The notes: a model not told the origin generated them from the letters alone. A stretch of 37,373 nucleotides of DNA from an uncultured Nitrospiraceae bacterium (GCA_947085205.1 CAMTVO010000002.1:1-37373), one strand, 5' to 3'; numbered from the stretch's first letter, positions 1 to 9,888 are shown. Program-made: numbers and translations.

Positions 1-147
1 AGAACTTCAGGGCGCTGAACAGCCCTCATTTGCTGGCGGATGTTTATGCCGGAAAAAAGTTCGTCAACGGTGAAATGATAACCGCTGAAAAGGCGTTAGA
101 AAGGAAGGCCGCCTAAATGGTTTTTACACACCTATCGACAAGACCCC
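1..147 (+). mobile_element. Right end of an IS256-family insertion sequence (transposase C-terminus 3..116 plus terminal inverted repeat ~121..147)
   Basis: Frame 3 reads NFRALNSPHLLADVYAGKKFVNGEMITAEKALERKAA*, resembling IS256 transposase C-termini. It is followed by TTTTTACACACCTATCGACAAGACCCC, an IS256-like terminal repeat. The exact end is uncertain by 1-2 nt. Confidence 0.8.
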
Positions 148-148
148 C

Positions 149-595
149 CAAATAATTGTGAGTATAATCAATCAGCCTGATAAATTGAGAGACCACCAAA
201 AGGCTGTAGAATACTGGAGCAAGATAGTTGATAAGGTTTTATCCCGAAAATGGATTACATGGAATGTACTCGATACTAAGAATTTTACGAGTCCTTTTTA
301 TAATCCGGAAGAAAGGGTGCCTTGCCCTTGGCCTTTTGAGAGGATACATATTACAAGCGATGGCGATGCAATCTTTTGTGCGGATGATTTGCAAAGGGAG
401 CATATCATAGGAAATGTCACGGAATTCTCTATGAAAGAGCTATGGAACCATCCAAGGTTTGAACAATACAGGCAGTATCATCTTGACGGGGACTTTAAGA
501 AAATCAATATTTGTGAAAATTGCAAGGATTGGCCCTATAAGTCATGGAATTATAATTATCATAAAACAGTGAAAGAGTTCGATGAACAAAAATAA
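149..595 (+). pseudogene. C-terminal part (SPASM/twitch domain) of a radical SAM protein, truncated by the IS256 insertion
   Basis: CPWPF...DGDAIFC..D and CENCKDW SPASM-type cysteines are present, but there is no CxxxCxxC. The frame is open back to the IS end (QIIVSIINQP) and has no RBS. Confidence 0.75.
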
Positions 596-1364
596 CAATA
601 CAGCAGTCATATTGCAACCTGCATACCTGCCGTGGATAGGTTTTTTTGACATGGTGCATAAAGCTGATATTTTTGTCATATTTGACGATGCTCAATTTAC
701 CATAAGAGACTGGAGGACAAGAAATAGAATTAGAACCAATAAAGGATGGATATGGTTATCTGTGCCTGTGTCTTTAGATAGACCGTATTTTGAATATCTT
801 ATAAAAGATGTTCAAATTTCATACGGATACGATTGGGCATATAAACATCTCAGCACGATAAAAAGTTTTTACAAAAAATCGCCCTTTTTCGACGAAGTGT
901 ATTCCATTCTGGAAAAGCATATTCCCAAAAGGTACAAATTTCTGGCAGAACTTGATAATCATTTGGTTCTTGACATTTGTGAATATCTCGGATTATCTCT
1001 CTCCAAATTTAGATTCTCTTCAGAAATGGGAATACCAAAATCAGCAAAAAAAAGTGAGAGATTGATTTATATGCGCGATAGCTTGGATGTGAAAGTAAAT
1101 TATTATCTATCCGGTATTACAGCCAAGAATTATCTGGATATATCTCTTTTTGAAGATAGAGGGATTAAAGTTTTGTGGCATTGTTACGAATATCCTTATT
1201 ACAATCAAAATTTATGGGGAACAGATGTTTTTATATCCTATTTGTCTATACTGGATATTTTATTTAATCACGGGAAAGAGGCTATGGGTATAATAACAGG
1301 GGACAAAATAATTCCTGTTCCTGCAAAAGTAAAAATAGCAGGGGCTGAAAAAATAAAAACCTGA
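582..1364 (+). CDS. WbqC-like family protein
   Basis: N-terminal ILQPAYLPWIGFFD, FDDAQF, NRIRT and C-terminal LSILDILFNHG motifs. Confidence 0.9.
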   Translation: MNKNNNTAVILQPAYLPWIGFFDMVHKADIFVIFDDAQFTIRDWRTRNRIRTNKGWIWLSVPVSLDRPYFEYLIKDVQISYGYDWAYKHLSTIKSFYKKSPFFDEVYSILEKHIPKRYKFLAELDNHLVLDICEYLGLSLSKFRFSSEMGIPKSAKKSERLIYMRDSLDVKVNYYLSGITAKNYLDISLFEDRGIKVLWHCYEYPYYNQNLWGTDVFISYLSILDILFNHGKEAMGIITGDKIIPVPAKVKIAGAEKIKT

Positions 1365-1395
1365 AAATACAGAAAGAAAAGGTGAGATCATAAGA

Positions 1396-2430
1396 ATGAA
1401 TAAAACATTTTTAGTGACAGGCGGAGCTGGGTTTATGGGGTCAAATTTTGTGCATTACATTTATAATAAGTATCCTGATGCCAAGATAATAGTGTTAGAC
1501 CTTTTGACTTATGCGGGAAGTGTTGATCACTTTCCTGTAAAACATTATGAAACAAGTGAAAGGTTTGAGTTCTGGTATGGCGATGTCAGAGACTCTTCTT
1601 TGGTTGAGTCGATGGTTGCAAAGGCGGACATCGTTGTTCATTTCGCAGCAGAAACCCATGTTACGAGATCGATTTTTGACAACAGGAAGTTTTTCGAGAC
1701 AGATGTCCTCGGCACACAGGCAATAACGAATGCCGTATTAAAGAATATGGACAGAGTAAAAAAATTTATTCATATATCAAGCTCTGAAGTTTATGGAACC
1801 GCCGAAATTGAGAAGATGGATGAAGATCATTCTTTAAACCCCACCACCCCTTATGCTGCTGCAAAGGCAGGTGCCGACAGACTGGTTTATTCCTATTTTA
1901 AGACATATGATATCCCGGCAATAATTTTAAGACCTTTCAATAATTATGGGCCGAGGCAACATCTGGAAAAGGTAATCCCAAGATTTATTACAAGTTGTAT
2001 CTTAGGCGAGGATCTCCATATACATGGGGAGGGATTGATGAGCAGGGATTGGATTTATGTGGAGGATACCTGCGAAGCTATAGATGCTGTAATTAATGCA
2101 GATGCAAAGAGAGTAAACGGGCAGACTTTCAATATCGGAACAGGGAAGAGCATTACAATAAAGGAATTGGCATATATCATTACGGATATTATGGGGGTTG
2201 ATAAAGAAAGGATTAAATACATTACAAACAGGCCCGGACAGGTAGACAGACATACTGCTGGTATCTCCCAAATCACGAATATATTAAACTGGAAGCCGGG
2301 GACAAGCTTCGAAGAAGGGATAAGAAAGACCATTAAATGGTACAAGGATAATAGACATTTGTGGGAGAAGCAGCTCTGGCTGAGACATGTGCCGATCGTA
2401 TTGAAAAACGGACAGAGAGTGATACATTGA
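1396..2430 (+). CDS. rfbB: NDP-sugar 4,6-dehydratase (dTDP-glucose 4,6-dehydratase-like extended SDR)
   Basis: TGGAGFMG, DLLTYAG, HFAAETHV, YAAAK (YxxxK), NNYGPRQHLEK. Confidence 0.8.
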   Translation: MNKTFLVTGGAGFMGSNFVHYIYNKYPDAKIIVLDLLTYAGSVDHFPVKHYETSERFEFWYGDVRDSSLVESMVAKADIVVHFAAETHVTRSIFDNRKFFETDVLGTQAITNAVLKNMDRVKKFIHISSSEVYGTAEIEKMDEDHSLNPTTPYAAAKAGADRLVYSYFKTYDIPAIILRPFNNYGPRQHLEKVIPRFITSCILGEDLHIHGEGLMSRDWIYVEDTCEAIDAVINADAKRVNGQTFNIGTGKSITIKELAYIITDIMGVDKERIKYITNRPGQVDRHTAGISQITNILNWKPGTSFEEGIRKTIKWYKDNRHLWEKQLWLRHVPIVLKNGQRVIH

Positions 2431-2472
2431 ATCCATTTGGGTTTAATCGGATATGTTTAAAGAGGAAGACAG

Positions 2473-3594
2473 ATGAAAATAGAGTTTTTCAGACACGACA
2501 TAAACGATGAGGATATTAAAAGGGTTAATAAAGTTTTAAAATCAATTTTTCTTACCAATGCACATGTTACAGAAGAATTTGAAAGAAAATTTGCAGATTA
2601 TCTCGGTATTGAACACTGCATCGCAGTGAATTCTTGCACTGCGGCATTGCATTTATCTCTAATAGCGCTCAATATAGGGCGAGGAGATGAAGTTATAACA
2701 ATTCCTTTAAGTTTTGTCGCCACAGCAAATGCAATTCTCCATGCCGGGGCAAAGCCTGTTTTTGTGGATGTGGAAAGAACCACTGGAAATATAGATATAT
2801 CTATGATTGAGGAAAAGATTACAGATAGGACAAAAGCTGTAATCCCGGTGCATCTTTACGGAAATATGGTTGATATGAAAGGGCTGAGAGGGATTGCAGA
2901 TAGATATAACTTGAAGATTATAGAAGATGCTGCCCACTGTATTGAAGGCGAAAGGGACGGGATTATACCCGGAAATGTTTCTGATGCTGCCTGTTTTTCT
3001 TTTTATGCTACAAAAAACATAACCTCTGGTGAGGGGGGCGCTATTGTATGTCATGACAAGGAACTGGCAGAAAAACTCTATATGCTCAGGCTCCACGGAA
3101 TAGATAAGGATGCAAGCAGCCGATATACCAAAGAATATAGGCATTGGGATATGAAGCTTTTGGGATGGAAATATAATATATCGGATATACAATCAGCTCT
3201 TCTTCTCGGACAGCTTGAAAGGGTTGAAGAAAACCTTAAAAGGAGAGAGGAAATAGCATCTTTTTACGAAAGAGAATTCGAAAAGTTAGGGATAGACTAT
3301 ATAAAGGTTCCCAAGAATACAAAATCAGCAAGGCATCTGTTTACCGTATTAGTCGATAACAGGGATGATATATTGGCAAAAATGCAGGACAAAGGGGTTG
3401 GCGTGGCAGTGAATTACAGGCCGATACATCTGCACAGTTACTACAGAAATACCTTTGGATACAAAACAGGGGATTTTCCTGTTGCAGAATATATAGGAGA
3501 GAGAACGATATCTATCCCATTATATCCCAAGCTCACAGACAGCGAAGTCGCCTACATTGTCAGGACATTAAAAAGGATAGTTGCGAGAGTATGA
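2473..3594 (+). CDS. DegT/DnrJ/EryC1/StrS-family PLP-dependent sugar aminotransferase
   Basis: NSCTAALH, IIEDAAH, FSFYATKNITSGEGG (PLP lysine). Confidence 0.93.
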   Translation: MKIEFFRHDINDEDIKRVNKVLKSIFLTNAHVTEEFERKFADYLGIEHCIAVNSCTAALHLSLIALNIGRGDEVITIPLSFVATANAILHAGAKPVFVDVERTTGNIDISMIEEKITDRTKAVIPVHLYGNMVDMKGLRGIADRYNLKIIEDAAHCIEGERDGIIPGNVSDAACFSFYATKNITSGEGGAIVCHDKELAEKLYMLRLHGIDKDASSRYTKEYRHWDMKLLGWKYNISDIQSALLLGQLERVEENLKRREEIASFYEREFEKLGIDYIKVPKNTKSARHLFTVLVDNRDDILAKMQDKGVGVAVNYRPIHLHSYYRNTFGYKTGDFPVAEYIGERTISIPLYPKLTDSEVAYIVRTLKRIVARV

Positions 3595-3728
3595 ATACTA
3601 AGGGATGCATGATTTATGGCGCAGGGTTGTCAGGAGCGGCAGCGGTGAAGGAAATCAGGGATGACTATAAAATGTTTATAGAACATCACAGTATAGGATT
3701 AGGTGAAACGGTTCTCTATGCTGTCTAA
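3591..3728 (+). pseudogene. 45-codon ORF, probable internally deleted FkbM-type methyltransferase remnant
   Basis: MNTKGCMIYGAGLSGAAAVKEIRDDYKMFIEHHSIGLGETVLYAV*. A Rossmann-like start (IYGAGxxG) is joined to a YKxxxxHHSxxxxETVLYA tail like those of FkbM-family proteins. ATGA overlap with the upstream stop and TAATG overlap downstream. Confidence 0.6.
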
Positions 3729-4473
3729 TGCTACAAGTTTTATATCATACAAGGCTATCCCCTTTTTAACAGGTGAGAATAAGGCACCGGAAGTATATAT
3801 AACTAATGTTTTTTATTTGAACTGGCAACAATTAAAGGCATCTATAATAAAATCCCTACCTTACATTAAAGGAATTTGCCTTGATATAGGGTCAGGCAAT
3901 TCACCTTATAAAAAATATATAGTTGGTCCGGCTGATAAATACATTGCTGTTGACAATGAGAATACGAATAAATATATGTTTAAAAATGCTAATGAAAAAT
4001 TTATTAATGCCGATATTAAAAAACTGCCATTTGATGATGGTTTTGCAGACACTATACTCTTAACACAGGTTTTGGAACATATAGATGAGCCATTTATTGC
4101 AATAGCAGAAATTTCAAGAGTTCTTAAAAAGGATGGCATTTTGATTTTATCAGTGCCATTTATGTTTCAGGCACATGGAATGCCATATGATTATTTCAGG
4201 TTTAGCGAATATGCCAGCAGGAAGATTTTAAGCGATAATAACTTTGAGACTTTAGAATTTCATTATCAAGGATATTTTGGAACGGCAATAATTTCTATGA
4301 TAAACGGGTTTATATGGACAATTGCAAGTAAAAGCAAGACCCTGCGGAACTTTGTTTTACTGCCTGTTTTGCTCCTTTTATTTGCCTTCAACAATATTGC
4401 CGGCTTAATGTTAGATGTAATTAAAAGTAAAGAGTTTTGTCCTAATTTTTGGATTATAGCGAAGAAACTGTGA
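3703..4473 (+). CDS. Class I SAM-dependent methyltransferase (Methyltransf_11-like); start uncertain, possible 5' frameshift
   Basis: LDIGSG motif I, LPFDD, TQVLEHI, RVLKKDG, HGMPYDYFRF. Confidence 0.85.
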   Translation: MKRFSMLSNATSFISYKAIPFLTGENKAPEVYITNVFYLNWQQLKASIIKSLPYIKGICLDIGSGNSPYKKYIVGPADKYIAVDNENTNKYMFKNANEKFINADIKKLPFDDGFADTILLTQVLEHIDEPFIAIAEISRVLKKDGILILSVPFMFQAHGMPYDYFRFSEYASRKILSDNNFETLEFHYQGYFGTAIISMINGFIWTIASKSKTLRNFVLLPVLLLLFAFNNIAGLMLDVIKSKEFCPNFWIIAKKL

Positions 4474-5606
4474 ACATAACATTCATTACCCATAACCTTT
4501 ACTTTGGCGGTGTTCAGAGGGTTGTCTCAAAACTGGCAAATCATTTGGCTGAAAATAATTATGTCAGTATCATACTGTTTGAAAATAAGCCTATAGCCTT
4601 TGATATCGATGAAAGGGTAAAAATTCATACACTGCCTGAAAAGGCATTGAGCGCCTTAGTTCTGTCAAAAAGAGATGTAGGGCTGACCCTGAAGGCAGGA
4701 GAAGAGCTATATAACGATAGAGTCTCTCACCTGAAGGAGTTGGTGAGACATATTGATGCAGATGTCTTCGTGTCATTCGAAGATTACAACAATTTAATCG
4801 GTATCGAGGCCATCAAATCCATCTGCGGGGGTAAAAAACTAATTATTTCCTCAAGGGTATCTATAGAAAACCAGTACAAGGGCGCCTTTGTGCATCTACT
4901 GAACAATGATTTCTATGTTAACCATATCAAAAAATTGTATAAAAAAGCCGATAGGGTGATAAGTGTAAGCGAGGGAGTGAGATTGGAACTCCAACGACTG
5001 GGGATAGGGTCGGTTGTTATACAGAACGGCATAGATATAAATGAAATAAATACATTGGCGAGAGAAGATACAGAGTTTAAAGATTATATTGTGAATGTAG
5101 GAAGACTGTATAACAAGCAGAAAGGGCAGGAAGACCTTATTAATGCATTTGCAATGATAAAAGATGCGATAAAAGAAGATATGATTATTATAGGAGACGG
5201 GCAAGACAGGAAATACTTGAATGACCTGATAAATACATTTGGCATGGAAGGCCGCATCAAGATTATCGGTTTTGCCATGAATCCTTACAAATATATGAAA
5301 AATTCAAAGTTTTTTGTATTCCCATCCTATTATGAAGGCTTTCCCAATGCCCTGCTTGAGGCAATGGCATGCGGCTGCGCATGCATCTGTTATGACTTTG
5401 AGCCGTCAAGCGCATTTATATCTGATAATGGAAGTTATGTCCATCTTGTCAGAAAGGGTGACATTGAAGGGCTGGCGTCTGCTATGAAGGAATTTTGCAA
5501 TAATAAGAATCTGTTGTCTTCTTATCAAGGTTTGTCACTAAAAAGGATAGAGATGTTTGACATGCCGGCTGTGCTTAAGAAGTGGGAGGAGGTAATCTAT
5601 AATTAA
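4470..5606 (+). CDS. Glycosyltransferase family 4 (GT-B)
   Basis: GGVQRV N-terminal loop, VGRL..KQKG, EGFPNALLEAMACG. GTG start at 4470 overlaps the upstream TGA. Confidence 0.92.
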   Translation: MNITFITHNLYFGGVQRVVSKLANHLAENNYVSIILFENKPIAFDIDERVKIHTLPEKALSALVLSKRDVGLTLKAGEELYNDRVSHLKELVRHIDADVFVSFEDYNNLIGIEAIKSICGGKKLIISSRVSIENQYKGAFVHLLNNDFYVNHIKKLYKKADRVISVSEGVRLELQRLGIGSVVIQNGIDINEINTLAREDTEFKDYIVNVGRLYNKQKGQEDLINAFAMIKDAIKEDMIIIGDGQDRKYLNDLINTFGMEGRIKIIGFAMNPYKYMKNSKFFVFPSYYEGFPNALLEAMACGCACICYDFEPSSAFISDNGSYVHLVRKGDIEGLASAMKEFCNNKNLLSSYQGLSLKRIEMFDMPAVLKKWEEVIYN

Positions 5607-6336
5607 CATCACGCTTTTGGGAACAGGCACCTGTCAGATAGAAAAGGACAGGATGGCGTCAAGTATTCTCATAGAGGTTGATACTGTAAAGGTTGTCTTT
5701 GACTTTGGCAGGGGCGCTTCACAGAGGATTTATGAACTTTCCCTGACGCAGGATGATATTCAACATATAGTGATTTCCCATTTCCATCCGGATCATATAT
5801 CCGATTTAATCCCGTTCTTGCATGCCGGACTGTATTCTCTTAGCGACAGGAGGAGTAAAGATTTGAATATCTATGGCCCGAAAGGAATTGAGGAAGTCAT
5901 CGGCCGGATATTTGATATTGTAGGAAGAGATGATATTAAAAGTGCAGGATTCAAAATAAATATACATGAGATAACAGACAGGAGATTTATTATAGGCGAT
6001 CACGAATTCCGGTTTGATAGACTGTCTCACGATAATAATCATGGTTTGAAATACATGCGTGATGGGGAAATTTATGCCTTCACAGGGGATATTGCATTTG
6101 ATGAAAAGGAGATAGGCTTTTTGAGAGGCGCAGATTTTGCAGTTGTTAATGTAGGATATTTAAGAGACGAAGACATAATAGAGTTGTCTGTTCTGACACA
6201 AGTGAAAACAATAGTCTGCTCGCACCTTTATAGAGATCTCGATGAAGATTGGCTTAACTCTATGGCAAAGAAGAAAAGCTATATTGGAAGAATAATAATT
6301 GGAAAGGATTTGATGAGATGGACAGATATCCGGTAG
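5599..6336 (+). CDS. Metallo-beta-lactamase-fold hydrolase (RNase Z/AtsA-like), probable ATA start
   Basis: INITLLGTGT N-terminus, FDFGRG, SHFHPDH (HxHxDH), FTGD, CSHL. Strong SD GGAGGAGGT at 5585-5593. Confidence 0.8.
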   Translation: MINITLLGTGTCQIEKDRMASSILIEVDTVKVVFDFGRGASQRIYELSLTQDDIQHIVISHFHPDHISDLIPFLHAGLYSLSDRRSKDLNIYGPKGIEEVIGRIFDIVGRDDIKSAGFKINIHEITDRRFIIGDHEFRFDRLSHDNNHGLKYMRDGEIYAFTGDIAFDEKEIGFLRGADFAVVNVGYLRDEDIIELSVLTQVKTIVCSHLYRDLDEDWLNSMAKKKSYIGRIIIGKDLMRWTDIR

Positions 6337-6896
6337 GTATAGCAAACGGAAGATTTCAAATTCTCCATATGGGGCATATGGAGTATCTCCTTGCATGCAA
6401 GGAAAGGTGCGGGCATTTGATAATTGGAATTACCGATCCAGATCCAACAAGGTCATTTTTTGAAACTGATATTGAAAGGGAAGATTCGAGAGATCCCTTC
6501 AGGGCTGTTTCATATCCTTTTTACACTTTTACTTTTTACGAAAGGGCTCTCATGATAAAGGAATCTCTTTTAGAGGCCGGAGTGGACAGAAAGTCATTTG
6601 AAATAGTTCCATTTCCAATACATTTCCCGAAGCTTCTGAAATACTATATCCCGATGGATGCGGTTGTGTTTGTCACGATCTATGATGATTGGGGATATAA
6701 AAAAGTGGATATTCTCAAGTCACTTGGGCTACAGGTGGAAATCCTTTGGGTAAGGGATATGTCGGAGAGATTCACTACCGGGACTGATGTTAGAAATCTC
6801 ATAGCTGAGGGAAGAAATTGGGAATATCTTGTCCCTATAAGCGTGGTGAAAATAATAAAAGAACTGAGGCTGGATAAAAAGCTAAGGGCAATCTGA
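6318..6896 (+). CDS. HIGH-superfamily nucleotidyltransferase (NMN/NaMN adenylyltransferase- or cytidylyltransferase-like)
   Basis: GRFQILHMGH (HxGH), IIGITDPD, FTFYER, TGTDVR (SxTxxR-like), WEYLVP. Confidence 0.85.
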   Translation: MDRYPVGIANGRFQILHMGHMEYLLACKERCGHLIIGITDPDPTRSFFETDIEREDSRDPFRAVSYPFYTFTFYERALMIKESLLEAGVDRKSFEIVPFPIHFPKLLKYYIPMDAVVFVTIYDDWGYKKVDILKSLGLQVEILWVRDMSERFTTGTDVRNLIAEGRNWEYLVPISVVKIIKELRLDKKLRAI

Positions 6897-6913
6897 TTAA
6901 GGGTAGGTAAAAT

Positions 6914-8770
6914 ATGTGCGGAATATTCGGCATAACAGGAAATTATGATGAAAAGTTAGCCTTAAAGGCTTTAAATCTCTTAAATCACAGGGGACCGGAC
7001 AATCTCGGCTATTATAAAGACGGCAATACCTTCTTAGGACATACGAGGCTTTCTATACTCGATCTGTCTGAAAAGGGAAATCAGCCGATGCCGGACATGG
7101 AAGAAAGTATCTGGATTGTCTTCAATGGAGAGATTTACAACTTCAAAGAGATAAGAAGTGACTTGGAAAGGTATTACCAATTCAGAAGCAATACAGATAC
7201 GGAGGTTTTAATTTATGCGTATAAGCATTACGGCTTGGAATTTTTTAAGAAGATTAACGGGATGTTTGCATTCGCCATATGGGACAGAGAAAAAAATATA
7301 TTCCTCTTAGCAAGGGACAGATTCGGGAAGAAGCCTCTCTATTATACCTTTCAGGATGGGAACTTCATATTTTCGTCAGAGATAAAGGCAATTTTGCCCT
7401 TACTTGACAGAAAACCCCAGATAAATAAAACAGCATTCCTTCAATATTTAAGTTTTCTGTCAAGTCTGCCTCCTAACACCATGTTTGAAGGCATAAATAA
7501 GCTGCAGGCCGGACATTATCTGATATTCGACGGAAAAAGAATAAAGATAGAGGAGTATTATGACATTCTGGATAACATACAGCCTTATAAAATAAGAAAT
7601 ACCGGCGAAGCGTTAGAGGAGATAGAATGCCTTTTGACAGACAGCGTAAAGTACAGGCTGATGGCTGATGTTGAGGTGGGGAGTTTCCTGTCAGGTGGGA
7701 TAGATTCTTCCCTTGTGAGTTCTATTTATAGCAATCAGAAAAAAAGTCCTATTCATACATTTTCCATCGGATATGAAAATTATAAGCACTATGATGAACT
7801 TGAGTTTGCAGGTATTACCGCAAGGCACATTAATTCTATCCATTATCCTAAATCAGCATCAAGAGAAGATTTTATCAATGTCATGGATGATGTTATCTAT
7901 CATTTAGACGAGCCAATAAATGATTCTGCATGTATTCCAACATATCTTTTATCTCAACTCGTAAGGAGAAACGATATTAAAGTAATTCTATCAGGAGAGG
8001 GCAGCGATGAAGGCTTTTTAGGGTATGACTTTTATTTTGAGATGCTTGAATATTACAAAATGCAGGAAGATATAAATAAAAAACAGAGAGAATTCCTTTT
8101 ATCTTACTTTATGGATAACTTTAACCTGTCTAAACGATGGGAGAATTTTAGGAGGAGTTTCGGGGAACTGCCGATATATAGAACCATAGGGGAGAATTTT
8201 AGCGACAGACAGAAAAAGTTATTGCTTAACGGAGAGGTCTTTAAATATCTTCATGATGACATGTCATACGAGTTTTTGGAAGATCACTGGAAAAATTTCT
8301 GCGGGTCAAGCTTGAGGGAGCCTTCTTACTGGTTTTCGTACATAGACTTTAAAATATGGATACCCGAGGTCTTGATGATGAAGATAGATAAAATGACAAT
8401 GGCTAATTCTGTAGAAGCCAGGGCCCCATTTTTGGATCATAGATTGGTTGAACTGTTATTCAGCATTAATCACGAATTAAGGGAAGGGCAGCATGCAAAG
8501 GCGCTGCTAAAGCCTATTGCTGAAAAATTTATTCCCAATGAAATCGTTTACAGGCGGAAAAAGGGGTTTTCGAGTCCGCACCTTGAATGGTATTATGAGC
8601 ATTATGGAGACAGGATTCTGGAGGCATGGATAAAGCTAAATAATGAACTTGGATGGTTTAATAATGAATTTTTGGGATTTCTCTATAATGAAGGAAGATA
8701 TGGAAGGTTTAAACAGCATGTATGGTCGCTAATTGTATTTGAAAGGTGGTTCAGGGGAATATATGGTTAA
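6914..8770 (+). CDS. asnB: Glutamine-hydrolysing asparagine synthase-like amidotransferase (probably glycan amidation)
   Basis: N-terminal MCGIFG, HRGPD, FNGEIYN, LSGGIDSS, LSGEGSDE, EARAPFLD. Confidence 0.93.
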   Translation: MCGIFGITGNYDEKLALKALNLLNHRGPDNLGYYKDGNTFLGHTRLSILDLSEKGNQPMPDMEESIWIVFNGEIYNFKEIRSDLERYYQFRSNTDTEVLIYAYKHYGLEFFKKINGMFAFAIWDREKNIFLLARDRFGKKPLYYTFQDGNFIFSSEIKAILPLLDRKPQINKTAFLQYLSFLSSLPPNTMFEGINKLQAGHYLIFDGKRIKIEEYYDILDNIQPYKIRNTGEALEEIECLLTDSVKYRLMADVEVGSFLSGGIDSSLVSSIYSNQKKSPIHTFSIGYENYKHYDELEFAGITARHINSIHYPKSASREDFINVMDDVIYHLDEPINDSACIPTYLLSQLVRRNDIKVILSGEGSDEGFLGYDFYFEMLEYYKMQEDINKKQREFLLSYFMDNFNLSKRWENFRRSFGELPIYRTIGENFSDRQKKLLLNGEVFKYLHDDMSYEFLEDHWKNFCGSSLREPSYWFSYIDFKIWIPEVLMMKIDKMTMANSVEARAPFLDHRLVELLFSINHELREGQHAKALLKPIAEKFIPNEIVYRRKKGFSSPHLEWYYEHYGDRILEAWIKLNNELGWFNNEFLGFLYNEGRYGRFKQHVWSLIVFERWFRGIYG

Positions 8771-8789
8771 AATGAGCAGGAGCATGGAT

Positions 8790-9860
8790 ATGAATACTAT
8801 CTGGTTCGACATAGTTACGCCTAAATTCGTTTTGTTCTTCAAGGATATAATAAAAAAGTTCCATGAACTCGGTTATGAAACCCTTGTTACTGCGCGGAAG
8901 AGCGAAGGATATACAGAGGTAACTCAGCTTTTGACGCTTCACGACATTAAATACTTTGAGATTGGAAGTTTTGGAGGAGAAAAACTTAGAAATAAATTCT
9001 CAACGAGCCTCGAAAGACAGATAGCCCTTTGTGAGCTTCTTAGGAACTTCAGAGTTAAGACCCTCATATCAGGATGCTCTGTTGATGCCAACAGGGTGGC
9101 TTTCGGTCTCAATATCCCGAATATAAATTTTTATGACATACCGTTATCAGACCATACTACAAATTTTAAAAAGGCATTGCCGCAGGCGAGGCTGACGATT
9201 CCGCTTTCGACCGCTATTTTTCATCCATTTATTGTTCCAAGAGAGATTTTTTTAAGGCTGGCGCTGGAAGACGACCAGATACTGAGCTATAACTGTATTG
9301 ACCCGTTTGTATGGCTCAGGAATTTCAAGCCAAGCAAAGAATACATAGAGAGCGAGCTTAAAATAAAACTGGACAAACCGCTGATTGTTATCAGGGAAGA
9401 GGAGTTTAAGGCATCCTATGTGAGTGAAAAGTATTCTCTTCTATATGATGGTTTGGTGAGATTAACTAAAAAAATAGATGCAAACTTTGTAATTATTCCG
9501 AGATATGAAAGCAAGCCGTTAAAGGACCTGTTTCCGTTTGCCATGATTCTCGACAATGCCTCTGTGATACAGCACCTGCTCGCACATGCAGATTTGTTTA
9601 TCGGAGGCGGCGGCACAATAAATATAGAAGCCACATATTTTGGGACTCCTACAATATCAACGAGGTCTTTTATTTCTCATTATGACAAATATCTTATCGA
9701 TAAAGACCTGATGGTATGGGTCGAGAATGCCGACATGATGGTGGATGTGGCTTCAAATATTTTTGGAAAGCGCAAGGAAGGGCTTGCAAAGGCAGTATAC
9801 AACACAATGGACTTTGATGAAGGCTTGATAGTGAACGATATACTTAATCTGTTAGAATAG
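8790..9860 (+). CDS. DUF354-family GT-B-like protein
   Basis: IWFDIVTPKFVLFF start, LVTAR, REEEFKASY, FIGGGGT. Alternative ATGs at 8763/8772/8784; 8790 has AGGAG 7 nt upstream. Confidence 0.75.
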   Translation: MNTIWFDIVTPKFVLFFKDIIKKFHELGYETLVTARKSEGYTEVTQLLTLHDIKYFEIGSFGGEKLRNKFSTSLERQIALCELLRNFRVKTLISGCSVDANRVAFGLNIPNINFYDIPLSDHTTNFKKALPQARLTIPLSTAIFHPFIVPREIFLRLALEDDQILSYNCIDPFVWLRNFKPSKEYIESELKIKLDKPLIVIREEEFKASYVSEKYSLLYDGLVRLTKKIDANFVIIPRYESKPLKDLFPFAMILDNASVIQHLLAHADLFIGGGGTINIEATYFGTPTISTRSFISHYDKYLIDKDLMVWVENADMMVDVASNIFGKRKEGLAKAVYNTMDFDEGLIVNDILNLLE

Positions 9861-9888
9861 ACAATATGAAAAAGTCCCCGCTTCACTT

